Source: Dictyostelium discoideum
Taxonomy: Eukaryota
DNA length: 64,000 nucleotides
Assembly: GCA_000004695.1 (NCBI GenBank)
Contig: CM000152.2
Span: 480,001 to 544,000, forward strand
Direction: 5' to 3'
In this document: positions 26,080 to 37,462 of the stretch, in pieces
How positions within the stretch are numbered: the first letter of the stretch is position 1
Layout of the letters: the number at the start of each line of letters is the position of its first letter
Made by a program: the position numbers and the translations under genes
The notes under the pieces: generated by a model
What the model saw: only the letters and a program-made list of their open reading frames with translations
Told to the model about the DNA's origin: nothing
The model's database searches: none

Positions 26080-26382
26080 AAAAAAAAAAAAAATCCAAGA
26101 GTTTGAAAAAAAAAAAAAAAAAAAAGATCCAAGTGTTTAAAAAAAAAAAATAAATAAAAAAAATAAAAAAAATAAAAATAAATTATTTATGTACTTCGAA
26201 TAATATGTATTCTCAAAAAACTTATTTTGATTTTAAAGAACAACGTGAAGAGGATGAAATTTTAAATAAAATAGATTTTGACCAAGAAACAAAATCGGCA
26301 AGGAAATTTTGATTTTCATTAGCCAGCTTGGCCCGATAGTAATTTAAAAATATCAAGCCAAAAAAAATTTGATTTTCATCAG

Positions 26383-26465
26383 CCGGCTTTGGCGCAATGG
26401 TAGCGCGATTGACTGTAGTAATATTAGTGATCAATCGGTTGCTAGTTCGAATCTGGCAAGCCGGA
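26383..26465 (+). tRNA. tRNA-Tyr (anticodon GUA) with ~11-nt intron 3' of position 37
   Basis: Acceptor stem CCGGCTT/AAGCCGG with discriminator A; D-arm GCGC-AATGGTA-GCGC; anticodon stem ATTGA/TCAAT; anticodon loop C-U-G-U-A-G with intron TAATATTAGTG (eukaryotic tRNA-Tyr genes are intron-containing); T-arm GCTAG-TTCGAAT-CTGGC. Followed by a CTTTT pol III terminator. No encoded CCA. Confidence 0.75.
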
Positions 26466-26489
26466 CTTTTCGTAAAAAAAATTAAAGTC

Positions 26490-26503
26490 GAGGGTTCGAT
26501 TCT
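26490..26503 (+). promoter_or_regulatory. Extra (ex-)B box downstream of tRNA gene
   Basis: GAGGGTTCGATTC matches the pol III B-box consensus GGTTCGAnTCC and lies ~27 bp past the tRNA 3' end, as is typical of Dictyostelium tRNA loci. Confidence 0.5.
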
Positions 26504-26539
26504 TTAAATATCCAATTTGATTCTATCTCTCATGATAGT

Positions 26540-29165
26540 ATTAAAAGAACATAAATTCATATTGGTATACCAATTAAATTAATAAATTTAATCCACAAGC
26601 TATTATCTGACTCACAAGCAAAAATTTCAATTAATGGTAAAACGACCAGAAAATTCGATATTAAAAGAGGTGTAAAACAAGGCGACCCAATCTCGGCCAC
26701 TTTATTTGTAATTGTAATTGAAATATTAGCAAGAACAATAAATGCAGACAATTCAATAATTGGATTACCAATTTCACCCAATCCACAAATTAAAATCAAA
26801 TTTACCCAATTTGCAGACGACTCTACAACATACAACATCAACTACGAACAACAACAACAATCAATCAAACATTTCCATAATTTCTGCGCTTCAACATCAT
26901 CATCATTAAATTTTGACAAAAGTGCAATAATAGAAATCAACCCCCACAAAATCACTGATAAACACATAATAAACAACATTCCACAATCAAAAAGAATACC
27001 AATTACCAAAAAAGATCAATCAGAAAGAGTTCTTGGCTATTTCTTTAATCATAATGGTTTACATAGGAAATTACCAGAAACAATGAAAACACTGATCAAA
27101 TCATTAGTACTATGGAAAACTAGTGGCACAACATTAAAAACAAAAACAACCATCATAAACACCTACTCACTATCACCAATAACATATTTATCATACCTTG
27201 AAGAATTTACAAAAGATGAAGAAATTCAAATTAATAAATTAATCTCATGGTTTATGAATTCTCCCGCAAATTCTGAATCACCAACTCTCAATACCAATTC
27301 CATTGAAAACAACACATCAACCATCCATTCACGTGCAAAAATACCTTTGATGTGTTATGATAGATCATTAAAACCATTAAAAGAAGGTGGTTGGGGTATG
27401 TGGAATATACAATTACGACAAGTTGCTCAAAAGATTTGGATATACAACAGATTTTTACAAATGCATAAATCTGCAAACAATTCAATATACATGATAAGTT
27501 GGATGGATCAAATCATCAACAAATCAATCTCTTCTCCATACCTTATAAAAATCAAAAAAGAATGGGAAAACTATGCAACTCAAATTGGACATCTAAAAGA
27601 TAAAGTTCAAACCCTACAACCAATATTAACAAAAAACCAAACCTCTCAAACATTAAACACAAATAATATTTCACTACCACCAACACTCAAAGAAATCTAC
27701 TCGAAAATACTCAACAATCACCAATGCAAATCAAAAGACTATATTGACAAGAAATATTCAGATCTACTTCTTAATTCGCACCAACAATCAATACAACTAT
27801 TATGGAAATACACTTACGACCAACTTTTTGTCAAAATTCAAAAATTAAAAGATCCAAAAGGCCGTGATACAATGCAAAGATTCCATGCTAGATTTCTTCC
27901 AATTAATCATCTACACAACAAAGTTTGCCCCATTTGCAACAATGAAATGAATAATGATCCCTATGGTCATTTGTTTTTCAATTGTCAACACACAATCAAC
28001 TTCATAAACCACGAAAAATTAAAATATTTTATATATAAAAATTGCAATGGAAACAAAAACTGGTCACTAACAAAAAACCAAACAACAAAATTATACACAC
28101 TCATTTATAAACCACAAACAAACAACAAAGCATTTAAACCAGATCCAACTATCAATATAAATTTTCATTTTGCAGAAAACGCACAATATAAAAAATACAG
28201 GTTCAACTGGAATTATATAAACACAAATCTTGATCTAGTCAGAACACATGCATATTGGAACATAATCTCATTAGTTATTCACCAAATATGGATATGGTTA
28301 TGCAAATCATTATTTGACATCAATATAACTCAATCAATTGACAATTGGAACAACCAAATAAACAACACAACACTAGATTATGATATATTAAAATCAAAAT
28401 GGCACAAGCTAATAAGATTGGAATATTCAAGAACATTATCAAACTTTAACCAATACTCAATTAAAAACAACCTCACAAAAACTCAAAAAGAAACCCAATG
28501 GTCCGAAACCATCAAAAAATTTAAAAAAGAATGGAGCATAAACACAAATGAACCAATTCCAACAATTACACCACCAATTAATTATTAATTGCCTAATCTA
28601 AAATAACATACCATTTTAAATTCACAAAAACTAAAAAACCTAAAATAAATAAATAAAAATAACATACTAATTGTATACTACAATAGTTTATTTATATCAA
28701 AAAAAAAAAAAAAATACCCAATTCCGAGAACATCTAATTCCATCGTCTATTAATAAAACTATTAATTATTGCTAACTTCCTTTACTGGATAAAGGTGTTT
28801 AATTAAAATTTCTAAAAAAATCATCCAAAATCAATATCAATCATTTTTGTCAATCCAAATATATCCAAATATAAGAAGTTCCTGAAACAATTAATAATTG
28901 TTTTTTTCCTTTAATGGATAAACACTGGTTAATCAACTAATCTAAAAAAATTAAATATATTCAAAAAACAATGGATACATTAATTTTTTTATTTTTTTAT
29001 TTTATATAATTTTGTGTATTTTTGGGTGCTCTATATTTATATATTAAATTCTTGTAAAATAAATTAATTTGTTAAAAAAAAAAATAAAATAAAAATAAAA
29101 AAAAAAAAATTAAAATATTTTTATTAACAATTCCCCAAACCAAAAAAAAAAAAAAAAAAAAAAAA
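26540..29165 (+). mobile_element. TRE3-type (tRNA-gene-targeted, 3'-side) non-LTR retrotransposon, 5'-truncated and defective copy
   Basis: It begins ~75-90 bp downstream of the tRNA-Tyr 3' end, in the same orientation. It encodes the C-terminal two-thirds of a LINE-type reverse transcriptase (FDIKRGVKQGDPISATLF, FADD) followed by a Cys/His-rich tail (CPICNNEMNNDPYGHLFFNCQH). The 3' UTR has imperfect internal repeats and ends in an A-run near 29135-29165. Confidence 0.65.
26581..28588 (+). pseudogene. Retrotransposon ORF2 (reverse transcriptase) remnant with frameshift
   Basis: The RT motifs are in frame 1 (26581..27045) and the long ORF 27083..28588 is in frame 2. The overlap at 26972..27045 means a 1-nt frameshift there. 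The ORF has no 5' part (no endonuclease or N-terminal RT motifs). Confidence 0.6.
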
Positions 29166-29240
29166 TTTCATCAATAAAAGAAGACTTTGAACCATTAAAA
29201 AATAATAAATATCATAAAATTTTAATTTTTTTATTTTAAT

Positions 29241-29610
29241 ATGATAAAAGATTTTAACGAATCAAACATAAGAAATATAAGATCGTCAGGCATTAGCACC
29301 AAAAAGTTAGAAGACTTTTTTTCGTAAGAAGGAATATAAATAAAAAAATAAAAAAAAAATAAGAAAAAAAAGTTCAAAACAATTTTATATTTACCAATTA
29401 TTATTATTTTAAAAAAAAAAATAAAAAAAAAAATAAATAATATTAAAAAGTATTAACCAATATCCAAATAAAAATGAAATAAAAGATTTTGCAAATTACT
29501 ACCAATGTGATGAAACCAAAATAAAAAATTGGTTCAAAGGAAAGAGAGACCGTTTAAAAAAAAAGTCATCAAATAATGAAAAGAGTGGAAATAAGTTTTA
29601 TTTTAAATGA
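29241..29610 (+). CDS. Homeodomain-only small protein (~80 aa), 2 exons; not in ORF track
   Basis: join(29241..29323,29451..29610). Donor TTTTTC|GTAAGA, acceptor TTAAAAAG|T. Product MIKDFNESNIRNIRSSGISTKKLEDFFSINQYPNKNEIKDFANYYQCDETKIKNWFKGKRDRLKKK.... It aligns to the homeodomain consensus at helix 1 (L-E-x-x-F), N-x-Y and helix 3 (KIKNWFKGKRDR vs QVKIWFQNRRMK). Confidence 0.45.
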
Positions 29611-29754
29611 TTAATTAAAATATATGTATATATAAAAATAAAATAAAAAATAAAAAAAAATAAAAAAAAAGCTTTTAAAAACATTTTATATAATATTAAG
29701 TCTATAGAAAGTGAGTAAATATACAAAAGTTTTAATTATTTTATTTAATTATTT

Positions 29755-29788
<34 letters not shown>

Positions 29789-29793
<5 letters not shown>

Positions 29794-31275
29794 CTTTTTT
29801 ATCATCGTCATCATTATTATTATTATTATCAATTAAAGTTGGTTGCTCGAGTACAGCCAAAGAATATTTTGAATGTTGATGACTTGGATATTTGATGATA
29901 TGACAAGTTGTTGGATCAAATGATCTAATCTCCATGATAGTTGAGAGGAGTACAGGATCAACAGGATTTAATAGATTTTGAATATTTTGAGCAATCTCTG
30001 AGAAATCCACAGCATCTAAATTTGGATTTCTAAAAATTGATTGTGAGGTATTATTTGGTTTAAAAGAGTAACAAAGAAAAGATATCATCAATATGAATAT
30101 TGGTTCTGATAAAGTGAATGCCAACCAATATAAAGACCATACCATCACAATTCTTAAACTATTTACAAATAAAATCGCACCTAAATATAAAACTACTGAA
30201 GTTCTTAAATTTGTAAAAACTCTTTTCTTTTCTGATAAATTATTTACTTGTTCTAAATTATTAATATACCTATATACATATATTTTAAAATAAAATTTTT
30301 ATTTGTTAAAAATTATAATAATTATAATTATAATTATAATTATAATAATAAAACTTACCTTGATAAAATTGAATGAGAATAAAGAATTCTTAAATTCTTT
30401 GTAATATTTGTAAATATTTTTGGCATCATAAAAAAGTAAAGAATCATTAAACTAAGGAAATAATAAATATCATTATAGAACCTAAAAAATAATAAAACAC
30501 CACAAAGGAAGAATCCTACCACAAAAATTGCCTTTAATTCTGATCTTGATAAAGTTTGTCTTGTTACTCTTAATCCCCTTGATAATATAAATAAAGTAAG
30601 GAAAAATGCTGTTTCTGAAAAGGAATAAAATATATTTTGAATATACCATAATGCCATACTATAAGTACCAAGATTATTTGCATCTGTCCAAAACGAATAT
30701 TGAACGATAATTAATATTAATTTTAAAACTAATACAATATCTATTTTTTTAAAAATAAAATTTTTATGTTAGAATAAAATTATAAATTTATTATTATTAA
30801 TAATATTATTTTTATAATACATACATAAAACAATATGTAAAATATTTAAAGAACTTTTATGACAATACCAAAATATTGTAACAGTAAAAAATAAACAACA
30901 AAATATTATCATAATATAACGATAGAGTAGAGGTAATTGAAGGTAACCTTTCTCCAATTGACCATTTCTATTTGTTAGGGTGAATGACATATCAATGGAA
31001 GCAGTTCTAGTATCTGTACATTTTAAAATGATAACTCTATACATATCGGAATCTGGTATATCAAATGTACCTTTAAAACCTTGATATAATGGAATATTAT
31101 TTATTGGACAATTTGATAAAGTTGCTGTACCATCGCATAATTTAGTTTCAATTGTATTGGTTGGTGTTGAACCAATTACTGATTGATAATCTCTATCTTG
31201 ACATATCCATAGTGTAATATTATTAATTGGTATTATTACACCACCTGTACTACCTGTATAAACTGGTGAAGTATT

Positions 31276-31306
<31 letters not shown>

Positions 31307-31581
31307 TTATTATTATTACCGCCCATTGTAGTAGTAGTATTATATAAAACAATTGTACCATCCAATTGAAGCTTCTTTATATTTATATCTGCAAATCCAT
31401 TACTATCATATCCATATTGTTCAACCATATAATAATTACCACTAAATGAAAACTCTCTATCATATATCATACAATTCCCTTTATCTAAAAATAATAACAA
31501 TATTATTGTTGTTATCAATATTATAAATTTTATACTATTACTACAAATTCTACTATTACTACAAATGTTTATTCTATTCAT
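29789..31581 (-). CDS. Signal-peptide + 7TM membrane protein, LUSTR (GPR107/GPR108)-like paralog; 3 exons, ~538 aa
   Basis: complement join(30825..31581,30359..30740,29789..30269). Donors TTA T|GTATGT and TCA AG|GTAAGT; acceptors AAAATAG|AT and TATATAG|G. The splices link ORF-track pieces 30769..31581, 30355..30657 and 29789..30148 in one frame. Signal peptide, luminal domain and seven predicted helices. Confidence 0.55.
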
Positions 31582-31599
31582 TTTCTATTATTTATTGTT

Positions 31600-31762
31600 T
31601 TATTTATTTTCTTATTTATTTATCAGTTTGTTTTTTATTTCTATTTATTTGTATGTGTTTGGTGTATGTCTATTTATCTATTTGATATTCTATTTATTTG
31701 TTTATTTGTCTATTTATCTATTTGATGTTCTATTTATTTGTTTATTTGTTTATCTATTTTAA
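31600..31762. repeat. Tandem duplication of a ~40-bp T-rich unit (TCTATTTATTTGTTTATTTGTCTATTTATCTATTTGAT...)
   Basis: Two to three near-identical tandem units directly upstream of the LUSTR-like gene start. Confidence 0.6.
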
Positions 31763-32536
31763 ATTGCTAAAAAAAAAAACTATTGTTTTTTTTTTTATTT
31801 TTTTATTTTATTTATAAATCTATGGAGAGAAAAAAAAAAAAAAAAATTTTTATAGTATTTGTATTTTATTTCGAAAATTATTTAAAATCATGATCTTTTT
31901 ATTTTATATTTATTTATTTGTTGTTATTTTAAATTATCTTTTATAAACAATAATTATACATTAATTAAAAAAAAAATAAAAAATGAAGAAAAAAAATAAA
32001 AAATTATAGCAATAAAAAAAAAAAAATTTTTAATTCACAAAAACGATAAAAATAAAAAAAATAAAAAAAAAATAATAAAAAAAATAAAAAAAAAATAAAA
32101 ATCTTGGCGTTGGATATAAACTTTAACAAAATAAAATGAAAAAAGGGTTTTGTCTGATTGTCTTTTTAAAAAAGTAAAATTATTAAAATAATTATAATAA
32201 TTATAATAATTATAATAATAACTATAATAATAATATATAGAATAAATAAAATTAAAAAATAAATAAAATTAAAAAAAATAAAAAAGGGTGTGAAGAATTT
32301 TTTTTTTTTTTTAATAAATAAATTTACTCTTCTTCCCACCAAAAATAAAAAAAAAAAGAAAAAAAAAAAAAGGAGAATGGGATGTATAAAAAAAAGATAA
32401 TTTTATTTTAAACTTTTTAATTCTATTTTTAATTTTATTTTTCATTTATTTTTATTTTTATTTTTAAATAAAATTAAATATGTTTTTTATTTTTTTTTTT
32501 TTATATTTTTTTTTTATATTTTTTCATTGAATTAAA

Positions 32537-33659
32537 TTATTCATCTAGTTGATGAATTGGGAAATAAGTTTGTAAAAGTTTTCCATAAATTTGATAATCT
32601 TCTTTGGTGAAGATACAAAATATAATTCTATCTATTTTTTTATGATGAATTTTCAACCAATTAGAGATGGTTGATAGGGCGATATGAGCAGCATCTAAAC
32701 TTGGGAAACCATATACACCAGTTGCAATACAACAAAAAACAACAGTTTTGAGGTCATTTTTTAAAACGATATCCAAACAAGACTCGTAACATTTCTTTAG
32801 AGTATCTGGATTTTTATCCATTGGACCAACAGTATGAATTACATATTTTGCTGGTAATCTATAACCTCTAGTGATTACTGCTTTACCAAAGTCACATCTA
32901 CCAAAGACTTTACACTCCCTAACGAGACCAATACCAGCTGCCTTATGAATTGAGCCATCGATACCACCACCACCCAACAAAGAGGGTCTGGCTGCATTCA
33001 CAATTGCATCGACTTCCAATGTTGTAATATCACCACCAAATAAACAAAGTTTTTTATTCAAATATGCACTTGGCTCGATCTCATTATTTGGTTTTGGAAC
33101 TCTATGTCTGTTATTCTCTAAAAATTGATACCAACTCGTTAATTGATCCCATGTTTTATAATCGTTACCACAAACATATAATTTTCTTTTCTTTTCTCTA
33201 AATTTAGGATCACTCATATCTAAATCATCTGCCATCATATCTTCTTCACTCTCACCTATACTATTTGAACTTGATGATTCAAATAAACTTTCATCATTAA
33301 ATTCCATTTCATATTTCTTTTTATTTGTTTGTTGTTGCTGTTTACTAATACTATCAAAATCTTTATTATTATTATAATTATTACTATTATTGCTATTACT
33401 ATTACTATTATTATTATTATTCTTTTGAAATGGTTTAAAACTAGCTACAATTTCACGTTTTATATTTCTCCTTTTAGTTGTATCATCAGTTCTTCTTTGA
33501 ACAAAAGCATTATAATCTATAATTTTATCCTCTTTTCCAATTCTAATTATTAAAGATTTTTCTGCATTTTGGTATCCACATTCAATAGTTTCATTTATTT
33601 CTGAATTATATTCTTCCCAACCTGAATCACTTTGCCAATACCATTTACCTGAACCTTGA

Positions 33660-33730
<71 letters not shown>

Positions 33731-34700
33731 GTTATTATTATTATTTGATGAAGAGGATTTTTGAGTAGTTGATGAAGTTGTATTTGTATTTGATGTTTTT
33801 GGTGGTGTTGTTGTTGTTGGTTTTAGTGGTACATTAGAAGTTGTTTTTGGAGTTGAAGTTGTATTTGTATTTGTTGTTTTTATTGGTTCACCTTTTCTAA
33901 CAGGTCTAACTTTTTGGTTATCATCATATCTTCTTTGAAGTAAATTCTCTAAATCTACAAATCTATCATCATCAATTTGACATCTTTTATTTCCTTTTTT
34001 AACTGATTCATCCAATTTTTGAGAATCTGAATCTGAATAATCTCTCCATGTTCCATTATCTTCTCTCCATTGCCATTTTTTACTATTATTATTATTATTA
34101 TTATTGTTGTTGTTGTTGTTATTGTTGTTGTTGTTGTTGTTATTGTTGTTGTTATTGTTGTTGTTACTGTTCCTGCTGTTACTGCTGCTGTTATTATTAG
34201 ATGGTGTTGATGGCTTTGGGGGTGTAGTACTACTTTTAAACATTGAAAATGCATTACTAAATTTAGAATTTTGATTGCTTGAGGAAGAACTTGAATTTGA
34301 ATTTGAATTTGAATTTGAATTTGAATTTGAACCTGGTTTAAATTTAGATTGTTCACCAGTTAAAGAATTTGGAACAGAAGATAATGGTAAATTAATTGGA
34401 ATTCTACGAATTTCTCTTTGTTTTAAAAGTGAATCATATCTTTTTTGTTTAAAAGTTTTAAAGTCGATATATCTTTCTTCATCGATTCTAATATCTTTTG
34501 ATTGTTTTTTATAAGCTTCTTCAATTTGATACATCTTTTCAACATCATAACTCTCCCAACCACTATCGGATCTCCATTGCCATCTATTTGCCAATTCATC
34601 AGAGTTTATTACTGGTTTTGATTGACTTGCTAATTCCTCTTCAATTGATTCATAAACAGATGGATCAATATCAATATCATCATCATCATCAATTTGAATA

Positions 34701-34744
<44 letters not shown>

Positions 34745-34791
34745 GTTATTGTTATTGTTATTATTTGTCTTTTTAAATGGTTGTGGATTAC

Positions 34792-34846
<55 letters not shown>

Positions 34847-35209
34847 GTTATTATTATTGTTATTGTTGTTGTTATGATCATTATCATCAAATTTTCTTTT
34901 TTGTACAGATTTTGGTGTTAAAATTACAGCATTATTAATTTTAACTCTAGAGTCTAAATCTTTTGGTGTTTCAGTCTCTTCATCACTATAAACAAATGTA
35001 CCTTCATCTTTTTTATTTTTGTTGTAATTGTTATTATTATTATTTTTATTATTATTTGATTGATTAAAGAATGATAAATCGTCTGTGTCTTCGTCATTGT
35101 TGTTATTATTATTTCCATGTGGTTGTTGGGAATTTGAGTTATTTGAGCTATTTGAATAAAAACTTCTCATTTTATTACCAAAACTATTTGTTTTATCATC
35201 ATTTGACAT
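32537..35209 (-). CDS. Triple WWE-domain + C-terminal macro-domain protein (ADP-ribose / poly-ADP-ribose reader), 890 aa, single exon
   Basis: Three repeats: RWQWRSDSGWESYD...IDF..FKQKRYD, KWQWREDNGTWRDYSD...VDLENLLQRRYD and KWYWQSDSGWEEYNSE...IDYNAFVQRRTD, matching the WWE pattern (W-W-E, Y, D-h-x-x-h-Q-R). C-terminal macro domain GGDITTLEVDAIVNAARPSLLGGGGIDGSIHKAAG. Long poly-Asn/Ser/Thr linkers. Confidence 0.7.
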
Positions 35210-35487
35210 TTTTTAATGTATAAATTGGAAACAAAAAGATATTTTTTTTTTTTTTCAACAAATATTTTTTAAAAAAAAAAAAAAATTTTAGAAAAATAAT
35301 TGAAAAAAAAAAAAAAAATTATAAAAAAAAATCTTGGCGGGATTTTTCTAATAAAAAAAGAAATTTATAGAATTTAATAAATTACTTTTATTTTATTTTT
35401 TTTTTTTTTTATTATTTTTTTTTTTTTTTTCTAAAATTATATTTTGGTTGACTAATAATAATTAATAGTTATTATATTTTTGATTGA

Positions 35488-35814
35488 CTAATAATAGTTA
35501 TTATATTTGATTGACCAATATAAAATTGCAATTAAGACGGTATACAAAGAGAAGAGACATATTGAAGCGAAACCAATCTTCTTTATAGTTCCAGATTGAG
35601 TATTGAACACGTAGAAACTTGAGAAAAAGAATGGAAAGTAGAATATGAATCCCAAAACGAAAATCATAATTGAATAAAATACATCATGGGCAACAACATC
35701 TTCTGGAGCTATTAAACTGAATTTTCCAACTTGTTTTGAATCGATTGAACTTTTTTTAGTTAAATACATTGAATTATTCATTGAGTCATTTGATGAATTG
35801 TTAATTTCATTATA

Positions 35815-35847
<33 letters not shown>

Positions 35848-35892
35848 TGGATTTGAATTACTGTTACCTTCAATATCAATATCTATTCCTGC

Positions 35893-35895
<3 letters not shown>
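35488..35895 (-). CDS. Small two-helix membrane protein, 135 aa (hypothetical)
   Basis: ORF with AAAATG start context, an Asn-rich N-terminus and two hydrophobic helices (FYSIMIFVLGFIFYFPFFF; ICLFSLYTVLIAILYW). No recognisable domain. Confidence 0.35.
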
Positions 35896-35926
<31 letters not shown>

Positions 35927-36407
35927 TATATTATTATTATTATTATTATCTATAACTATGAACTTTAAAATAAATAAAATTTTAAAATTTTTTTTATTTT
36001 AAAGAAAATTTTTTACAATATTAAATTAATTTAATTTAATAATTGATTTTCATTTTTAATTTTTATTTTTTATTTAATTATTAATATTCCAAAAAAAGTA
36101 AAAAGTTTTTTTTTTTTTTTTTATTTTTTTATTTTTTTTTTTTTATTTTTTATTTTTTTTTTTTTAATTTACTAATTAAATTATATTTTTTATTTTATTT
36201 TATTTTATTTTTTTTATTAATTTATTTATTTATCTAATAATTAGTAAGTGAAAAATATAATCACTTTTTTAATAAAAATTTTTTTTTTTTAATTTTTTTT
36301 CTTTTGTTATTATAAAATATTTAATTTTTTTTTAATTTTTTTTCTTTTAATTAAATTTCATAAATGTAACAAAAATAAATAAAAAAAAAAAAAAAAAAAA
36401 AATAAAA

Positions 36408-36438
<31 letters not shown>

Positions 36439-36516
36439 AAAAAATTTCAAATACTTTATTTAACTGAGATACATATTTATATATTGGTTTTGATAGTTTA
36501 AAATAATAATAATAAA

Positions 36517-37431
36517 ATGGCAAATAATAATATTGAATTTGAGGATTGGTATTCAATTTTAAATGTTGAACAAGATGCAACGACAACACAAATTCAAAAT
36601 GCATATAGAAAGTTAGCAAGGAAATACCATCCAGATAAAAACAAATCACAAGAGGCAGTGATAATGTTTGAAAAAATCTCTATTGCCAATACTACATTAT
36701 GTGATGAAAATAAACGTATAATTTTCGATTCACAATTATTAGCTAAAAAAGAAAAGAAACGAAAAGAACAAGAAATGGATAACGTTAGAAGGAAAATGAA
36801 ACAAGATCTATTTGAAAGAGAAAACCAATTTAAAAAGAGAAGAGAGAATGATACAAATTCAAAAAGGAATGTTGAAATGGAAAATGAACAATATAGACAA
36901 AATTATATAAATGAATTAAAGAGACAATCACAACAACAACAACAACAGCAACAATATACAAGTGACGAATATTCTCAAGAAAGTTTAGTAATTAAATTAA
37001 AATGGAAGAGTAGGTTAGCATATACAAAAGATCAAATTATTGATATACTATCTAGTTATGGTACTGTTGATACCTTTACAATGGTTGATAATTCTACATC
37101 ATCCTATACGATTGCTTTAGCAACCTTTACACAATTAGAATCTTTATATCAAATTATAGTAAGAAAAGAAGATTTAAAAATGAATTTTAATATAAAAATT
37201 GAAAGATTAAAAGGAACGACTACTGATAGTAATGGTGGTAATTCTAGAAGTACCACCACTACCACCACTACAACCACCACTACCACAACTACTTCATCAT
37301 CATCATCATCGACAAATTCAAACTTTAATACAACAACAACCACAAAAACATCATGTAACAATATTTTAATAGATGAAGATGAAGAAGATGATATTTTATC
37401 AAAAATGAAGAATTTTAAAAAAAATATTTGA
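36517..37431 (+). CDS. DnaJ (J-domain) protein with C-terminal RRM-like region, DNAJC17-like, 304 aa
   Basis: N-terminal J domain DWYSILNVEQDATTTQIQNAYRKLARKYHPDKN with the HPD motif; a central charged coiled coil; a C-terminal segment ...LVIKLKWKS...ILSSYGTVDTFTMVD... consistent with the DNAJC17 architecture. Confidence 0.65.
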   Translation: MANNNIEFEDWYSILNVEQDATTTQIQNAYRKLARKYHPDKNKSQEAVIMFEKISIANTTLCDENKRIIFDSQLLAKKEKKRKEQEMDNVRRKMKQDLFERENQFKKRRENDTNSKRNVEMENEQYRQNYINELKRQSQQQQQQQQYTSDEYSQESLVIKLKWKSRLAYTKDQIIDILSSYGTVDTFTMVDNSTSSYTIALATFTQLESLYQIIVRKEDLKMNFNIKIERLKGTTTDSNGGNSRSTTTTTTTTTTTTTTSSSSSSTNSNFNTTTTTKTSCNNILIDEDEEDDILSKMKNFKKNI

Positions 37432-37462
37432 TCAATAAATAAGTAAATTTATTATAATTTTA

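Noticed and set aside
26222-26841. Minus-strand ORFs 26222..26434 and 26557..26841
   Set aside because: The first overlaps the tRNA-Tyr gene antisense; the second is antisense to the retrotransposon RT motifs (GVKQGDPIS/FADD are on the plus strand).
34630-34921. Poly-Ile / poly-Tyr ORFs (34498..34776, 34630..34890, 34694..34921, 33955..34356, 33329..33553)
   Set aside because: Frame or strand artefacts of the AAT/AAC/ACA repeat linkers of the WWE-macro gene.
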